The notes: generated by a model from the sequence alone, not told the origin. A DNA stretch of 64,000 bases from Actinomycetota bacterium (GCA_040905365.1 JBBDRQ010000034.1:69151-133150); one strand, 5' to 3'. Positions 8,843 to 19,352 are shown, counted from the stretch's first letter. Numbers and translations are program-made.

Positions 8843-11345
8843 ATCCGATTGCCTCCACGACGCTGATAGATCCCGCTCGGCGGGCCGGCTCCAATGCGCC
8901 CACGATTGCCATGGCTATACCCAGAGGAAAGGCGATCATCGCCGGCAGCAGAACGAACTCATACTCCACCGGCATGCCTCCCTGGTGGCCGATGGCCACT
9001 ATCGCAGCCCGGTGGGCCAGGAAGCCGAAGGCGACGCCGATCACCCCGCCCACGACGCCCAGGGCGCCCGACTCCAGCGCAACCATCGCCCGCAACTGGC
9101 GCCGGCCAGTGCCCAGCGCGCGCATGATACCCAGCTCCGTCTTGCGCTCGATAACTGAGATTATCAAGGCGTTTACGATAGCCAGGACCGCGGCCCCGAC
9201 GACCACGCCGACCATGGAATCAAAAAGCGCTCTTACCTGCTTGACGGTCCCCTCGATTACCCCTAGATACTCGGATCCGCTGCTTAGGTACACCGGAACC
9301 GGAGAGTCCTCGACGAAAGCCTCCACTTCATCGCGGATGGCGCCCCGGTCGGCGCCGGCGGAGTAGCTCAGCTGATAATCGCTCACGCCTTCGGCTCCAA
9401 ACCAGTCGACCAGGTGCGACCGGGCAACGGTTACCAGACCCCGCTCCCAAGTGAAGCTCGGCTCGGAGGCGATCACCTCTATGGTGCGCTCACCCGCAGG
9501 CGTCGGCAGCGCCAGCACATCGCCGGCCCCGACGCCGAACAGCTCCTCGAACCGCGTGGAAACCACCGCTGCACGGCCCTGCATGACCCGTTGGCGCTGC
9601 TCGGGTGAGATACCGGCCATCGCCGGTTCCGCTCCCACCGTGTTGGAGGTTCCTTGCAGAAGGATCCGCTGGCCGTCGTAGCTGACGAACTGAAAGGTGT
9701 TGGTCCCCACGTTGTCTACCCCGGGGATGGACTCGAGCCGCTCTTCCCACTCGGGCGGCAGCAGGACGTCGGTGGCCAGCGAGACGCCGGATGCCGCCGA
9801 GACGTACAGGTCTATCTCCCCCAGGGTGTTGACGCTGCGATCGACCGAGGTATTGATGTTCATGGTGGCGCTGGCCTGGGTGACGATCATGCCTACGCCG
9901 GCCACCACCGCTACGCTGGTCGCCCAGGCTCGCCGGGGCGAGCGCTGCACCGCCGATGCGGCCAGGCGGCCGGCTACGCCGAAAATGGAGGCAAACTTAG
10001 CCGTGGCGGCCGCCAGCGGGTGGGTGAGGCCGAACGTGATGACGATGGCTCCGGCCACCAGCCCCGCCATGGCGACAAAACTCAAGGTGCCCGGCCCCCA
10101 CACGGCGGTCGAGAAAGCACCGAAGAGGATCGCCGCACCGATGATCGTCGGGACCCACGAGACCCCGTCCACCTCCTCCAAGGACTCCAGGACTCCCGCC
10201 GGACGCATAGAGTGGGCCGGAGGGACCCTCACCGCAGCGAATACCGGCATGGCTGCCGCCGCGACCGACGAGATGACTCCCACCACCAGCGCCGCCGGCA
10301 CCGCGTAGTCCGGCATGTTCAGCCGCACCGCAACCTCGACCTGGGTCGCGTAGTAGTCGGGAATTGAGGTGACGAGGATGCGGGCTATCCCCAGGCCCGC
10401 CAGGCTGCCGATCGCAGAACCGATCAACCCCAGTACCGCCGCCTCAAAAAGCAGCATAACCAGCAACCTGCGCTTGCCGCCCCCCAGCGCTCGAAGCGTT
10501 GCAAGCTCTCGCCGGCGCTCCAGCGCCGCCATGCTCATGGTGTTGTAAACGAGAAAAGCGCCCACGGTTACCGCGATGCTCACTCCCATCAGCATCCCGA
10601 AGCGGAGACTGGCCGTGGAGGACTGGGCTTGCCGAACGCGCCCCGATGGCGAATCCACGAAGGCGTCGACCCCCACCACCCCGGACAACTGCCGCCGCAG
10701 CTCCTCCAGGTTGGCGGAGGGTTCGGCCATCACAAAGATCGAGTCCAGATGGGGACCCTTACCGAGTATCTGCTGCGCCAGGGGTAGCGCGGTCAGCGCG
10801 AAGTTGCCCTCGCTGAACTGCCCCGCCTCGCCCTCGATCACACCGACGACCGGCACCCGCTCCTCTCCCCCGGTGGAGAAGACCGTCACCGCGTCTCCGC
10901 CCTCCACGTCCAGGCGATCCGCCAGCGGCCGGCCGATGAGGATTCCCGGCTCCACGGCCAGCCGGAGGAACGTATCCTGCTGGCCCTCGGCAAGCTCGAT
11001 CCCCAGCGCTTCAACCCGCTGATCCACGCCTAGAAACAGGATGGGCTGCTGGTTGATCACGGCCCTGGTTCGAACCATCGGCACCGCGGCTTGAACGCCG
11101 GGCATCTGCTCGATATCGAAAAACGTACGCTCGTCCAGCCCCTCGTTGGAGATGGCCGAGACCTCCAGGTCGGACTGACCGGCCAGGTCGGCGATAAACC
11201 CTTCCACGCTGCCGGTCAGCGACCCCAGCAGTCCCAGTACCGCCACCAGCAACGCCGAGCCGATAGCGATCCCCGACACGCTGAGCGCGGTGCGCATCCG
11301 GTGCTCGTTGAAGCGCCTGAGGTTGAGCAGCCGAAACAGGTTCAC
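8835..11345 (-). CDS. ABC transporter permease, duplicated FtsX/MacB-type
   Basis: Large ORF with two FtsX-like 4-TM modules and two extracytoplasmic domains. Probable GTG start at 11345, overlapping the ATPase TGA stop as GTGA; the tool's ATG at 11432 would overlap the ATPase gene by 91 nt. Confidence 0.8.
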   Translation of the reverse strand: MNLFRLLNLRRFNEHRMRTALSVSGIAIGSALLVAVLGLLGSLTGSVEGFIADLAGQSDLEVSAISNEGLDERTFFDIEQMPGVQAAVPMVRTRAVINQQPILFLGVDQRVEALGIELAEGQQDTFLRLAVEPGILIGRPLADRLDVEGGDAVTVFSTGGEERVPVVGVIEGEAGQFSEGNFALTALPLAQQILGKGPHLDSIFVMAEPSANLEELRRQLSGVVGVDAFVDSPSGRVRQAQSSTASLRFGMLMGVSIAVTVGAFLVYNTMSMAALERRRELATLRALGGGKRRLLVMLLFEAAVLGLIGSAIGSLAGLGIARILVTSIPDYYATQVEVAVRLNMPDYAVPAALVVGVISSVAAAAMPVFAAVRVPPAHSMRPAGVLESLEEVDGVSWVPTIIGAAILFGAFSTAVWGPGTLSFVAMAGLVAGAIVITFGLTHPLAAATAKFASIFGVAGRLAASAVQRSPRRAWATSVAVVAGVGMIVTQASATMNINTSVDRSVNTLGEIDLYVSAASGVSLATDVLLPPEWEERLESIPGVDNVGTNTFQFVSYDGQRILLQGTSNTVGAEPAMAGISPEQRQRVMQGRAAVVSTRFEELFGVGAGDVLALPTPAGERTIEVIASEPSFTWERGLVTVARSHLVDWFGAEGVSDYQLSYSAGADRGAIRDEVEAFVEDSPVPVYLSSGSEYLGVIEGTVKQVRALFDSMVGVVVGAAVLAIVNALIISVIERKTELGIMRALGTGRRQLRAMVALESGALGVVGGVIGVAFGFLAHRAAIVAIGHQGGMPVEYEFVLLPAMIAFPLGIAMAIVGALEPARRAGSISVVEAIGYE

Positions 11346-12013
11346 TCGTCCAGTCGCCCGTCCTTGAGCTTGATGACCCGGTCGCCCATAAAGGCCGCCT
11401 TCTCGTCGTGGGTGACGACCACTACCGTGCAACCCTCCTCGGTGACCAAGAGCCTTAGCAGCTCCAGCACCGCTTGGCCGGACTCCGAGTCAAGGTTCCC
11501 GGTCGGTTCGTCGGCCAGTACCAGCAGAGGGTCGGCCACCAACGCCCGGGCTATAGCCACCCGCTGCATCTCACCTCCCGAAAGCTGGGAAGGCTTGTGC
11601 TCCACCCGATCGGCAAGCCCCACCCTCTCCAGCAGATCGACCGCGCGCGGCCTCACGTCTTTGAGTTTGGCGCCCCCGAGCAGCCTGGGCAGGGCAACGT
11701 TCTCCCACGCGGTCATCGTCGGCAGCAGGTTGAAGAACTGGAAGATGAATCCCAGGCTCTCCCGGCGAAACTCCGTGAGGTCGTCGTCGCCCAGCCGGGA
11801 CAGATCCTTGCCGTCGATGACCACAGAACCCGAGCTGGGGGCATCGAGACCTCCGATCAGGTGCAGCAACGTGGATTTGCCGGACCCGGACGGACCCATT
11901 ATCGACACCATGAGCCCGGCTTCGATATCGAAGGAGATTCCTCTTAGCGCGGGCACCTGCGCGCTGCCCAGGCGGTAGTTCTTGACGAGGTCGACGACGT
12001 TTACCAGTGCCAA
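11342..12013 (-). CDS. ABC transporter ATP-binding protein (MacB/LolD-like)
   Basis: Walker A GPSGSGKST, ABC signature LSGGEMQRVAIARAL, Walker B LVLADEPTGNLD. Confidence 0.92.
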   Translation of the reverse strand: MALVNVVDLVKNYRLGSAQVPALRGISFDIEAGLMVSIMGPSGSGKSTLLHLIGGLDAPSSGSVVIDGKDLSRLGDDDLTEFRRESLGFIFQFFNLLPTMTAWENVALPRLLGGAKLKDVRPRAVDLLERVGLADRVEHKPSQLSGGEMQRVAIARALVADPLLVLADEPTGNLDSESGQAVLELLRLLVTEEGCTVVVVTHDEKAAFMGDRVIKLKDGRLDE

Positions 12014-12101
12014 ATGAGACCTTTCGAAGAGCCGGCGGGACCATAACCGATACCTCTACTTTAAGTGGCTTCGGCCGCAAAGACGCCGGGCCGACCCCGG
12101 G

Positions 12102-12851
12102 TCAGGGGCTCAGGGTCATCCGGTCGACGTCCTCCGGAACGATCGCTGCGAAACTCGCGTCCTGTAGCGCAACGGTGGGATCCACCGGAACGTCGACGTA
12201 ACGGACCTCGGGCGCGCGGGCCACCCCGCTCAACGCCGCGTAGGAAGCGTGGGTCACGATAGCGAAGATGGTGGCCGGAGCAGGTTCACTCAACAGCGCG
12301 GCCGCCTCGCGGTGGCGTTCGAGCTGCCGGCCGTAGATTGCGCGGTACTCATCGCTGTTGGCTTCGGCGGCAACCTCTTCGAGGACCTGCAGCCGTTCGT
12401 CCAGGGTCTGCGCCTGCCAGGAGGCGGCGTCGTCGAGTGAACGTCCCACCAGGGACACGTGGGCCGGCTCCACCCCCTCGACGGGCGCCCGAACCTGCGC
12501 GGCCATCCCGGTCAAAGAACGGGCCTCGAGAAATCCCCGGACCTCGGCGGCAGTCTTGTAGGTATTGAACACGACGAGCCCGAGCGTCCCCACCCCGGGG
12601 TCGGATTCCGCCCGCTCGGCGAGCAGGGCGCGCTTCGATGCCATGTACGGCTCTACCGGCTCTCCCAACGTGGAGCCCACCACCGTTCCGGCCGAGGACG
12701 AAGTGGGCGTCGGGTCCAGGTCCGAAACCATATCGGAAACCACGTCCGAGCCGACCTGGCTGCCGACCACACCGACCAGTCCGGCGGCAAACAGGACGAC
12801 CCCGACGATGAAGACGGTCCGGTTGGGGTGGGCTCTGGCTGCGGCCGCCAT
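12102..12851 (-). CDS. Hypothetical membrane-anchored protein
   Basis: ORF with a single N-terminal TM (TVFIVGVVLFAAGLVGVVG) and an extracytoplasmic domain. Start chosen at the internal ATG (MAAAARAHPNR...) so it does not overlap rluD; no recognisable family. Confidence 0.45.
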   Translation of the reverse strand: MAAAARAHPNRTVFIVGVVLFAAGLVGVVGSQVGSDVVSDMVSDLDPTPTSSSAGTVVGSTLGEPVEPYMASKRALLAERAESDPGVGTLGLVVFNTYKTAAEVRGFLEARSLTGMAAQVRAPVEGVEPAHVSLVGRSLDDAASWQAQTLDERLQVLEEVAAEANSDEYRAIYGRQLERHREAAALLSEPAPATIFAIVTHASYAALSGVARAPEVRYVDVPVDPTVALQDASFAAIVPEDVDRMTLSP

Positions 12852-12904
12852 TCGGGAGCCGAGCTGTTCCACCGCGGATCGCAGACCGCCTCCCGCGTCG
12901 TCGC

Positions 12905-13834
12905 TCAACTCACGCCCGCCCGCGCGCGGGCAGCTTCCAGCGCTGCTTGGAGGTCCGCCGGCAAGGCCTCTTCCACCCGAACCAACTCCTTCGTGAAAGG
13001 GTGCGTGAACTCGAGCGCCCATGCGTGCAAGAAAGGCCTGGTCAAACCCAAGGCCTGCGGCAGATGGTGGGCGCCTCCGCCGTACTGCATGTCACCCACC
13101 ACGGAATGGTGGATGTGAGCCAGATGAACCCGAATCTGATGGGTCCTGCCCGTCAGCAGCTTGACCGAAAGCAGGCTGACCTCCTTTAGATCCTCGAGCA
13201 CCTCAAAGTCGGTTGTCGCCGCGCGGCCCGCAGGACTTACGCTCATCAATGTGGGGCGGTTGGCCGACCGGCCGACCGGCGCCTCGATTCGGCCGGTCGG
13301 CAGAGAGAATCTACCAACTACCAGGGCGCGGTACGTGCGGGAGACCCGTCTGGCCTTCATCTGATCCACCAGCGCGGTGTAGGCCCGATCGGTCTTGGCC
13401 ACGACCAAGAGTCCCGAGGTTCCCTTGTCCAACCGGTGCACGACGCCCGGCCGCCGCTCGCCCGACGCCGGAGCCAGCGACATCCGTTCGGCGAGCGCGT
13501 CGACCATCGCGGGCGCAGTGGAACCCCCAACCCCGTGCACCACCAGACCGGCCGGCTTGGCGACCACCGCCAAGTGTTCGTCCTCGAACCGGACGGGCAC
13601 CTCCAGCCCGATCGCAACCGCCTCCGGCACCGGCGGCGGCTCGTCGATCTCCACCACCTGGCCCGGATGCACCTTCAGCGATTTGGCAGCCATGCGGCCG
13701 TCCACACGGACCAGGCCGGAAGAGATCAGCCGCTGTACGTCCGTACGGGGCCGGCCCGACGCTTGGGCCAACCACTGATCAAGGCGTCGGCCCGACGCCT
13801 CTGCACCTACATGCAGCCTCCCGGTTCCGGTCAA
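12905..13834 (-). CDS. RluA-family 23S rRNA pseudouridine synthase (RluD-like)
   Basis: S4 domain plus pseudouridine synthase core (HRLDKGTSGLLVVAKT, GRTHQIRVHLA). The tool fused it with an out-of-frame N-terminal extension into a 474-aa ORF. The real start is a TTG at 13834 overlapping the lspA TGA stop (TTGA). Confidence 0.85.
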   Translation of the reverse strand: MTGTGRLHVGAEASGRRLDQWLAQASGRPRTDVQRLISSGLVRVDGRMAAKSLKVHPGQVVEIDEPPPVPEAVAIGLEVPVRFEDEHLAVVAKPAGLVVHGVGGSTAPAMVDALAERMSLAPASGERRPGVVHRLDKGTSGLLVVAKTDRAYTALVDQMKARRVSRTYRALVVGRFSLPTGRIEAPVGRSANRPTLMSVSPAGRAATTDFEVLEDLKEVSLLSVKLLTGRTHQIRVHLAHIHHSVVGDMQYGGGAHHLPQALGLTRPFLHAWALEFTHPFTKELVRVEEALPADLQAALEAARARAGVS

Positions 13835-14322
13835 CTCCGCCCTTCTCGGAAAGCTAAATAAAAGAGCAGGCCGACGCCCGTCACGATCGCCGCATCGGCA
13901 AGGTTGAAGGTCGGCCAGAACGATAGGTAGATGAAGTCGACAACGTGACCGGAGCCGCCGCCGGGGGGCTGCACCAGCCGATCGATCAGGTTGCCGACCC
14001 CGCCCCCGAGCACCAGACCCAACACCGGCGGAGCCTGCGGATCCCGCAGCGCCCACACCGCGACTCCGGCGGTAACCGCAAGACTGGCAAGGAAGATCCA
14101 CAGGGTGGCATCGGCAAACAGCCCAAAGGCGCTCCCGGGGTTGCGCACGAGGCGAAAATCGATCGTCCGGCCGATCACCGGGATACGGCTGCCGTCGCCG
14201 AGGGCCGCCAGCGCCCACGCCTTGGTGGCCTGGTCCAACAGCACAACTACGGCCGCAATGACGAAGATTGCGACCTTGGTTCGCTTGGTAGAGACAGCCT
14301 GCTCCCCGACGCCCTGCAACAT
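13831..14322 (-). CDS. lspA: Lipoprotein signal peptidase II
   Basis: 163-aa 4-TM protein with the conserved LspA motifs (NPGSAFG, FNLADAAI). Confidence 0.9.
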   Translation of the reverse strand: MLQGVGEQAVSTKRTKVAIFVIAAVVVLLDQATKAWALAALGDGSRIPVIGRTIDFRLVRNPGSAFGLFADATLWIFLASLAVTAGVAVWALRDPQAPPVLGLVLGGGVGNLIDRLVQPPGGGSGHVVDFIYLSFWPTFNLADAAIVTGVGLLFYLAFREGRS

Positions 14323-14470
14323 GGATCATCAGGTTAGCGTACGCGGCCCCGGCGTCCGGGGAGCCCTTCTCAAATGCACCAAATTGGACCGGCTGCCGGC
14401 GGGGTCGATCGCCGCAAACGATTTGGCTTGCTACTGTAGTAGCTCCGAAACGTCGCGAGGATCTAGCCGA

Positions 14471-17400
14471 TTGTTCGAACAGGTACCTAGCAGACCGGGG
14501 TTAGTCGCGGGCGAAAAGTCCGTATTGGAGCTCTGGGATGACCAGCAGGTTTTCGAGAAGCTGCGCGCCAAGAATCGGGGCAAACCGCGCTGGTCATTTC
14601 TGGACGGCCCCATCACCGCCAACGGTTTCATGGGGGTTCACCACGCGTGGGGCCGCACCTACAAGGATGCGTTCCAGCGCTACTTTGCCATGGCCGGTCA
14701 CGACCTGCGCTGGCAGCAGGGCTTTGACTGCCAAGGGCTTTGGGTGGAGGTCCAGGTGGAGCGGGACTTGGGCTTTACCTCCAAAAGAGACATCGAGCAG
14801 TACGGCATCGAAAACTTCATCGCCCGATGCAAAGAGCGGGTCTACAAGTACTCGGCCATCCAGACTCAGCAGTCGATCCGGCTGGGTATGTGGAGCGACT
14901 GGCCAAACTCGTACTTCACGATGTCGGACGAGAATAACTACACGATCTGGAGCTTCCTCAAGAGGTGCCACGAGCGCGGTCTGATCTACAAGGGTCTGGA
15001 TGCCATGCCGTGGTGTCCCCGCTGCGGTACCGGCATCTCCGAACAGGAACGCAAGGAGGGCTACAAAAGGGTTACCGACCGCGCGGTTTACGTCCGTTTT
15101 CCGCTCAAAGATCGTCCGGGTGAGCATCTGCTGGTGTGGACAACCACTCCGTGGACGCTGACGGCCAACGTTGCGGCCGCGGTGCACCCCGACCTCACTT
15201 ACCTCAAAGTCCGACAGGGCGACGACGTCTACTACCTGTCGGACGGCTGCGCCGGGGTGCTCAAATCCGAGGCTAAGCGCCTGGGCAAGCCGGAGGTACT
15301 GGGCACGGTCACCGGCGCCGACCTGGTGGGATGGCGGTACTCGGGGCCTTTCGACCGGCTGCACGCCGCCCACCAGGCGGTCGAGCATCACAAAGTGATC
15401 GAATGGGAAGAGGTTTCGGACTCCAGCGGCACCGGCATAGTCCACATCGCCCCGGGCTGCGGAAAAGAAGACTTCGATCTAGGCAAACAGCTGGACCTGC
15501 TGATCGTCATGCCTATAGACGAATCCGGCGTTTACGTTGAAGGGTTCGGCGAGCTGACCGGCCGGCCCGCCTCAGACGTGGCGGAGGAGATCACCCAAAC
15601 CCTGTCGGCCTCCGGGGTTCTCTACAAGGCCGAGAGCTACGAGCACGACTACCCGCACTGCTGGCGCTGCAGCACCCCGCTGCTTTTTAGGGCGGTCGAC
15701 GAGTGGTACATCGATATGAGCTGGCGCGACGAGATCAAAGCGAACGTCGGCGAGATCCGGTGGATCCCCGACTACGGCAAGGATCTGGAGCTGGATTGGC
15801 TCACCAACATGGGCGACTGGATGATCAGCAAAAAGCGTTACTGGGGCTTGGCCCTGCCCATCTTCGAGTGCAGCAGCTGCGATTGGTTCGACGTTATCGG
15901 CGGACGCGAAGAGCTCAGGGAGCGGGCCGTCAGCGGGTGGCGCGAGTTCGAGGGTGACCCGCAGAATCCCAATACACCCCACCGCCCATGGATCGATAAC
16001 GTAAGGGTTGCCTGCGAAAAGTGCGGCGAACCCGCCACCCGGATACCCGACGTCGGCAACCCCTGGCTGGATGCGGGCATCGTCCCCTACTCGACGGTTC
16101 GCTACAACACCGACCGCGAGTACTGGGCGAAGTGGATTCCCGCCGACTTCGTCGTGGAGTCGTTCCCCGGCCAGTTCCGCAACTGGTTCTACGCCCTTCT
16201 GACCATGAGCACGATGATGGAGAACCTTCCCCCGTTCAAGACGCTGCTCGGTTACGCCTCTGTGCGCGACGAACACGGTGAGGAGATGCATTACTCGAAG
16301 GGCAACTCCATCCAGTTCGACGAGGCCGCGGACCGCATGAGTGCGGACGTCATGCGATGGATGTACTGCCGGCACAACCCCACCAAGAACCTGAACTTCG
16401 GCTACGGACACGGCGAGCAGCTGGAGCGCAAAATATTCGGTACCTGGTGGAACAGCTACCTTTTCTTTTGCAACTACGCCATCCTGGATCACTTTGACCC
16501 TGAGCAGTCGTCGGTCCCGTTAGCCGACAGGCCCGAGATCGACCGCTGGATCATCTCCAACCTGCAGCTGCTGGTCGACGCAGCCAACCGCCACTTCAAC
16601 GACTACACGATCGGACCTTTTGTCCGGCAGGCGGAGGAGTTCATCGACGAGCTGTCCAACTGGTACATCCGTCGCAACCGCCAGCGTTTCTGGGACCCCG
16701 TCGGCGCGGAGGCCGCCGACAAGCCGGCCGCTTACCAGACGCTCTACGAGGTGCTTACCACGCTGACCCGGCTGCTGGCTCCGGTTGTCCCGTTTCTCAC
16801 CGAGCGTATGCATGCAAACCTGCGCACCCCCTCGGATCCCGACAGCGTGCACCTGTGCGACTATCCGCAGGCGGTGCCCGAGCTCATCGACGAGCAGCTC
16901 AGCTATCAGATGGGCGTAGCGCAGCAGGTGGCCAGCTCGGCCAGGGCGCTGCGCGAGCGCCTCGAGCTCAGAGTCCGCCAGCCACTGGCCCGGTTGCGGG
17001 TAGCCGCGCCCGACGAGGCGCAGCGCCGGGCGTTGCAGCGTCTGAGTGAGATCGTCCTCGACGAGCTCAACGTCAAGGCGCTGGAGGTGGGCACCTCACT
17101 GCAGGACCTAACCCGTCTGGAGCTCAAACCGGAGTTCAAGTCCCTGGGACCCAAACACGGCCCGAACGCCAACCGTGTCGGCCAGGCCATTCGAGAGGCT
17201 TCCCATGAACAAGCGGCCCAAATCGATGCAGGGCGGTCGGTTGTGCTTCAGGCCGGGGATGACACCTTTGAGGTGGCGCCCGAAGATGCCACCGTCGCAA
17301 CGGTGACCACCCAGGGTTGGGAGGTCGGTTCCGCCGGCGACATCCAGGTCGCCCTCGATACCCGCATGACCGACGATCTGTTCCGTGAAGGCCTCGCCCG

Positions 17401-17641
17401 CGACGTGGTCCGGCACATTCAACAACTGCGCAAAGAACGCGGTCTCAATATCGAAGATCACATCGAAGCCGCCTACCGGACCGATGACCCCCAGCTCGGC
17501 CAAGCGATCTCCGAGTGGATCGACTACATACGCGGGGAAACCCAGTCCACCGCGCTGCACGACGGGACCCTTAACCTGGAGCCCCGGCACGTGGAGCTCG
17601 GCAAGGCAGCGCTCTGGCTGGAATTGCGCAAGGTTGAGTAA
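14471..17641 (+). CDS. ileS: Isoleucine--tRNA ligase (type 2)
   Basis: HIGH-like (HHAWGRTYKD) and KMSKS-like (YSKGNS) class-I synthetase motifs and an editing domain. The tool ORF extends upstream to 13991. TTG at 14471 with a GAGGA Shine-Dalgarno 11 nt upstream gives the typical N-terminus (M)FEQVPSRPGLVAGEKSVLELWDDQQVFEKL. Confidence 0.9.
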   Translation: MFEQVPSRPGLVAGEKSVLELWDDQQVFEKLRAKNRGKPRWSFLDGPITANGFMGVHHAWGRTYKDAFQRYFAMAGHDLRWQQGFDCQGLWVEVQVERDLGFTSKRDIEQYGIENFIARCKERVYKYSAIQTQQSIRLGMWSDWPNSYFTMSDENNYTIWSFLKRCHERGLIYKGLDAMPWCPRCGTGISEQERKEGYKRVTDRAVYVRFPLKDRPGEHLLVWTTTPWTLTANVAAAVHPDLTYLKVRQGDDVYYLSDGCAGVLKSEAKRLGKPEVLGTVTGADLVGWRYSGPFDRLHAAHQAVEHHKVIEWEEVSDSSGTGIVHIAPGCGKEDFDLGKQLDLLIVMPIDESGVYVEGFGELTGRPASDVAEEITQTLSASGVLYKAESYEHDYPHCWRCSTPLLFRAVDEWYIDMSWRDEIKANVGEIRWIPDYGKDLELDWLTNMGDWMISKKRYWGLALPIFECSSCDWFDVIGGREELRERAVSGWREFEGDPQNPNTPHRPWIDNVRVACEKCGEPATRIPDVGNPWLDAGIVPYSTVRYNTDREYWAKWIPADFVVESFPGQFRNWFYALLTMSTMMENLPPFKTLLGYASVRDEHGEEMHYSKGNSIQFDEAADRMSADVMRWMYCRHNPTKNLNFGYGHGEQLERKIFGTWWNSYLFFCNYAILDHFDPEQSSVPLADRPEIDRWIISNLQLLVDAANRHFNDYTIGPFVRQAEEFIDELSNWYIRRNRQRFWDPVGAEAADKPAAYQTLYEVLTTLTRLLAPVVPFLTERMHANLRTPSDPDSVHLCDYPQAVPELIDEQLSYQMGVAQQVASSARALRERLELRVRQPLARLRVAAPDEAQRRALQRLSEIVLDELNVKALEVGTSLQDLTRLELKPEFKSLGPKHGPNANRVGQAIREASHEQAAQIDAGRSVVLQAGDDTFEVAPEDATVATVTTQGWEVGSAGDIQVALDTRMTDDLFREGLARDVVRHIQQLRKERGLNIEDHIEAAYRTDDPQLGQAISEWIDYIRGETQSTALHDGTLNLEPRHVELGKAALWLELRKVE

Positions 17642-19352
17642 CCTTCGAGCCCGCGCGGCCGCGTGCGGCATCGAACCCGGCTACCACGACTCCACCGGCG
17701 AGTGGCAGGCCGCACCGGTTGAGACGCTGCGGCGTTTGCTCGAAGCGTTGGAGCCCGGGATTGAATCTCTCCCGCCGCTGGATGAGCCGTGGATCCCCGA
17801 TGCAGCCGAGCGCTGCCACCTGCCTGGGAACCTTAGAGCCTGGGGGTGGTCGCTGCAGCTGTACGCGCTGCGCTCCGCCGCCAGCTGGGGCATCGGCGAC
17901 CTAGGCGACCTCGCGGTATTCGCCAGGCGCGCCCGCAGGGAACAGGGCGCCGGCCTGGTAATGGTGAATCCGCTCGGCGCCAGCACTCCCGGCGCCCACA
18001 TGCAGCCGAGCCCCTACCTTCCCAGCAGCCGAGTCTTTCGCAACCCGGTATACCTGGGGTTGGACCAACTCGCCGATACCCCTGCGCCAGAAGATCCGCT
18101 GCGTGGGGCGGTCGGGCGGCTAAACGCCTCGGAGCTGATCGATCGTGACGCGGTTTGGGCGCTCAAGCTCCCGGCACTCGCAGCCCTGTTCGACAATTTT
18201 GAGGGCAGCGAGTCCTTCGACCGGTACCGCGCCGAGGAAGGGACCCCGCTGGCGGACTTCGCCACCTTCAGCGCCATCGCCGAACAACACGGCGCGGACT
18301 GGAGGGCTTGGCCGGCCGACCTCCAAGCTCCCACCGCACCCGGCGTCGAGCCGTTCCGCCGGCGCCACCCCGACGCCGTGCTGTTTCACAGCTACCTGCA
18401 GTGGCTGATCGATGAACAGCTGAGCCTGGCCGCGCAAGAAGCCGGGCTGATCAACGACCTGCCGGTAGGCATCGATCCTGCGGGAGCCGACGCCTGGGTG
18501 TTTCGGGGCGCCTTCGCCGAGGGGTTCAATATCGGCGCTCCCCCCGACGATTTCAACCGGCGCGGGCAGAACTGGGGGGCTGCTCCGTTTCACCCTGCCC
18601 GCTTGGCCGCGATGCACTACGAGCCCTTTATCCGAACGATTCGAGCCGCCTTCCGGCACACGGCAGGGCTGAGGATAGATCACGTAATGGGGTTGTTTCG
18701 CTTGTTTTGGATCCCTCACGGATGCGATCCCATCGAAGGCACCTACGTGCGCTATCCGGCGCGCGCCCTGCTGGACCTGCTCGCTGCAGAGAGCCGGCGC
18801 GCGCAGGCCTTTGTCGTCGGCGAAGACCTCGGCACCGTGCAGGACGGAGTACGGGAGGCGCTCGCGGCACGGGACGTCCTCTCGTACCGTCTGCTGATCT
18901 TCGAGCCGTCCGTCGAGTCCCTGCCTCGCAATTCCATGGCGACGGTGAGCACCCACGACCTGCCCACCGTTGCCGGCATCTGGACCGGATCGGACCTGGA
19001 CGATCAAAACCGGGCGGAGGTGCTCTCGGCTCCGCAGACGCTGGGGGAAATGCGAGGGCGTCTGGCGGCCGCATCCGGGCTGCCCCACGGCGCCGCCGTG
19101 TCCGAGGTGGTGCAGTCGGTATATTCGAGCTTGGCCGCCACCGATGCACGCATCGTTACCGCGACTCCCGAGGACGCCCTTGGGGAGCCCCGCCGTCCGA
19201 ACATGCCCGGAACCGTCGACAGCTGGCCCAACTGGTGTATCCCGCTGCCCAAAACCATGGAGGAATTCTTTGACTCACCGGGGGTTCAGCAACTGGCGGA
19301 GACCCTCACAGGTCGGGGCCGTGACCCAGGAGGATCAGCGAATGGGCCGTAA
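17634..19352 (+). CDS. malQ: 4-alpha-glucanotransferase (amylomaltase)
   Basis: GH77 family regions (WSLQLYALRS...WGIGDLGDL...). The tool ORF overlaps ileS. The first in-frame candidate start after that region is TTG 17634 (8-nt overlap with the ileS stop); the start is uncertain. Confidence 0.8.
   Translation: MSNLRARAAACGIEPGYHDSTGEWQAAPVETLRRLLEALEPGIESLPPLDEPWIPDAAERCHLPGNLRAWGWSLQLYALRSAASWGIGDLGDLAVFARRARREQGAGLVMVNPLGASTPGAHMQPSPYLPSSRVFRNPVYLGLDQLADTPAPEDPLRGAVGRLNASELIDRDAVWALKLPALAALFDNFEGSESFDRYRAEEGTPLADFATFSAIAEQHGADWRAWPADLQAPTAPGVEPFRRRHPDAVLFHSYLQWLIDEQLSLAAQEAGLINDLPVGIDPAGADAWVFRGAFAEGFNIGAPPDDFNRRGQNWGAAPFHPARLAAMHYEPFIRTIRAAFRHTAGLRIDHVMGLFRLFWIPHGCDPIEGTYVRYPARALLDLLAAESRRAQAFVVGEDLGTVQDGVREALAARDVLSYRLLIFEPSVESLPRNSMATVSTHDLPTVAGIWTGSDLDDQNRAEVLSAPQTLGEMRGRLAAASGLPHGAAVSEVVQSVYSSLAATDARIVTATPEDALGEPRRPNMPGTVDSWPNWCIPLPKTMEEFFDSPGVQQLAETLTGRGRDPGGSANGP

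Noticed and set aside
12905-14329. 474-aa ORF as a single gene
   Set aside because: It is an out-of-frame read-through artefact. The region contains lspA (13831..14322) and rluD (12905..13834) as separate genes with a TTGA overlap.
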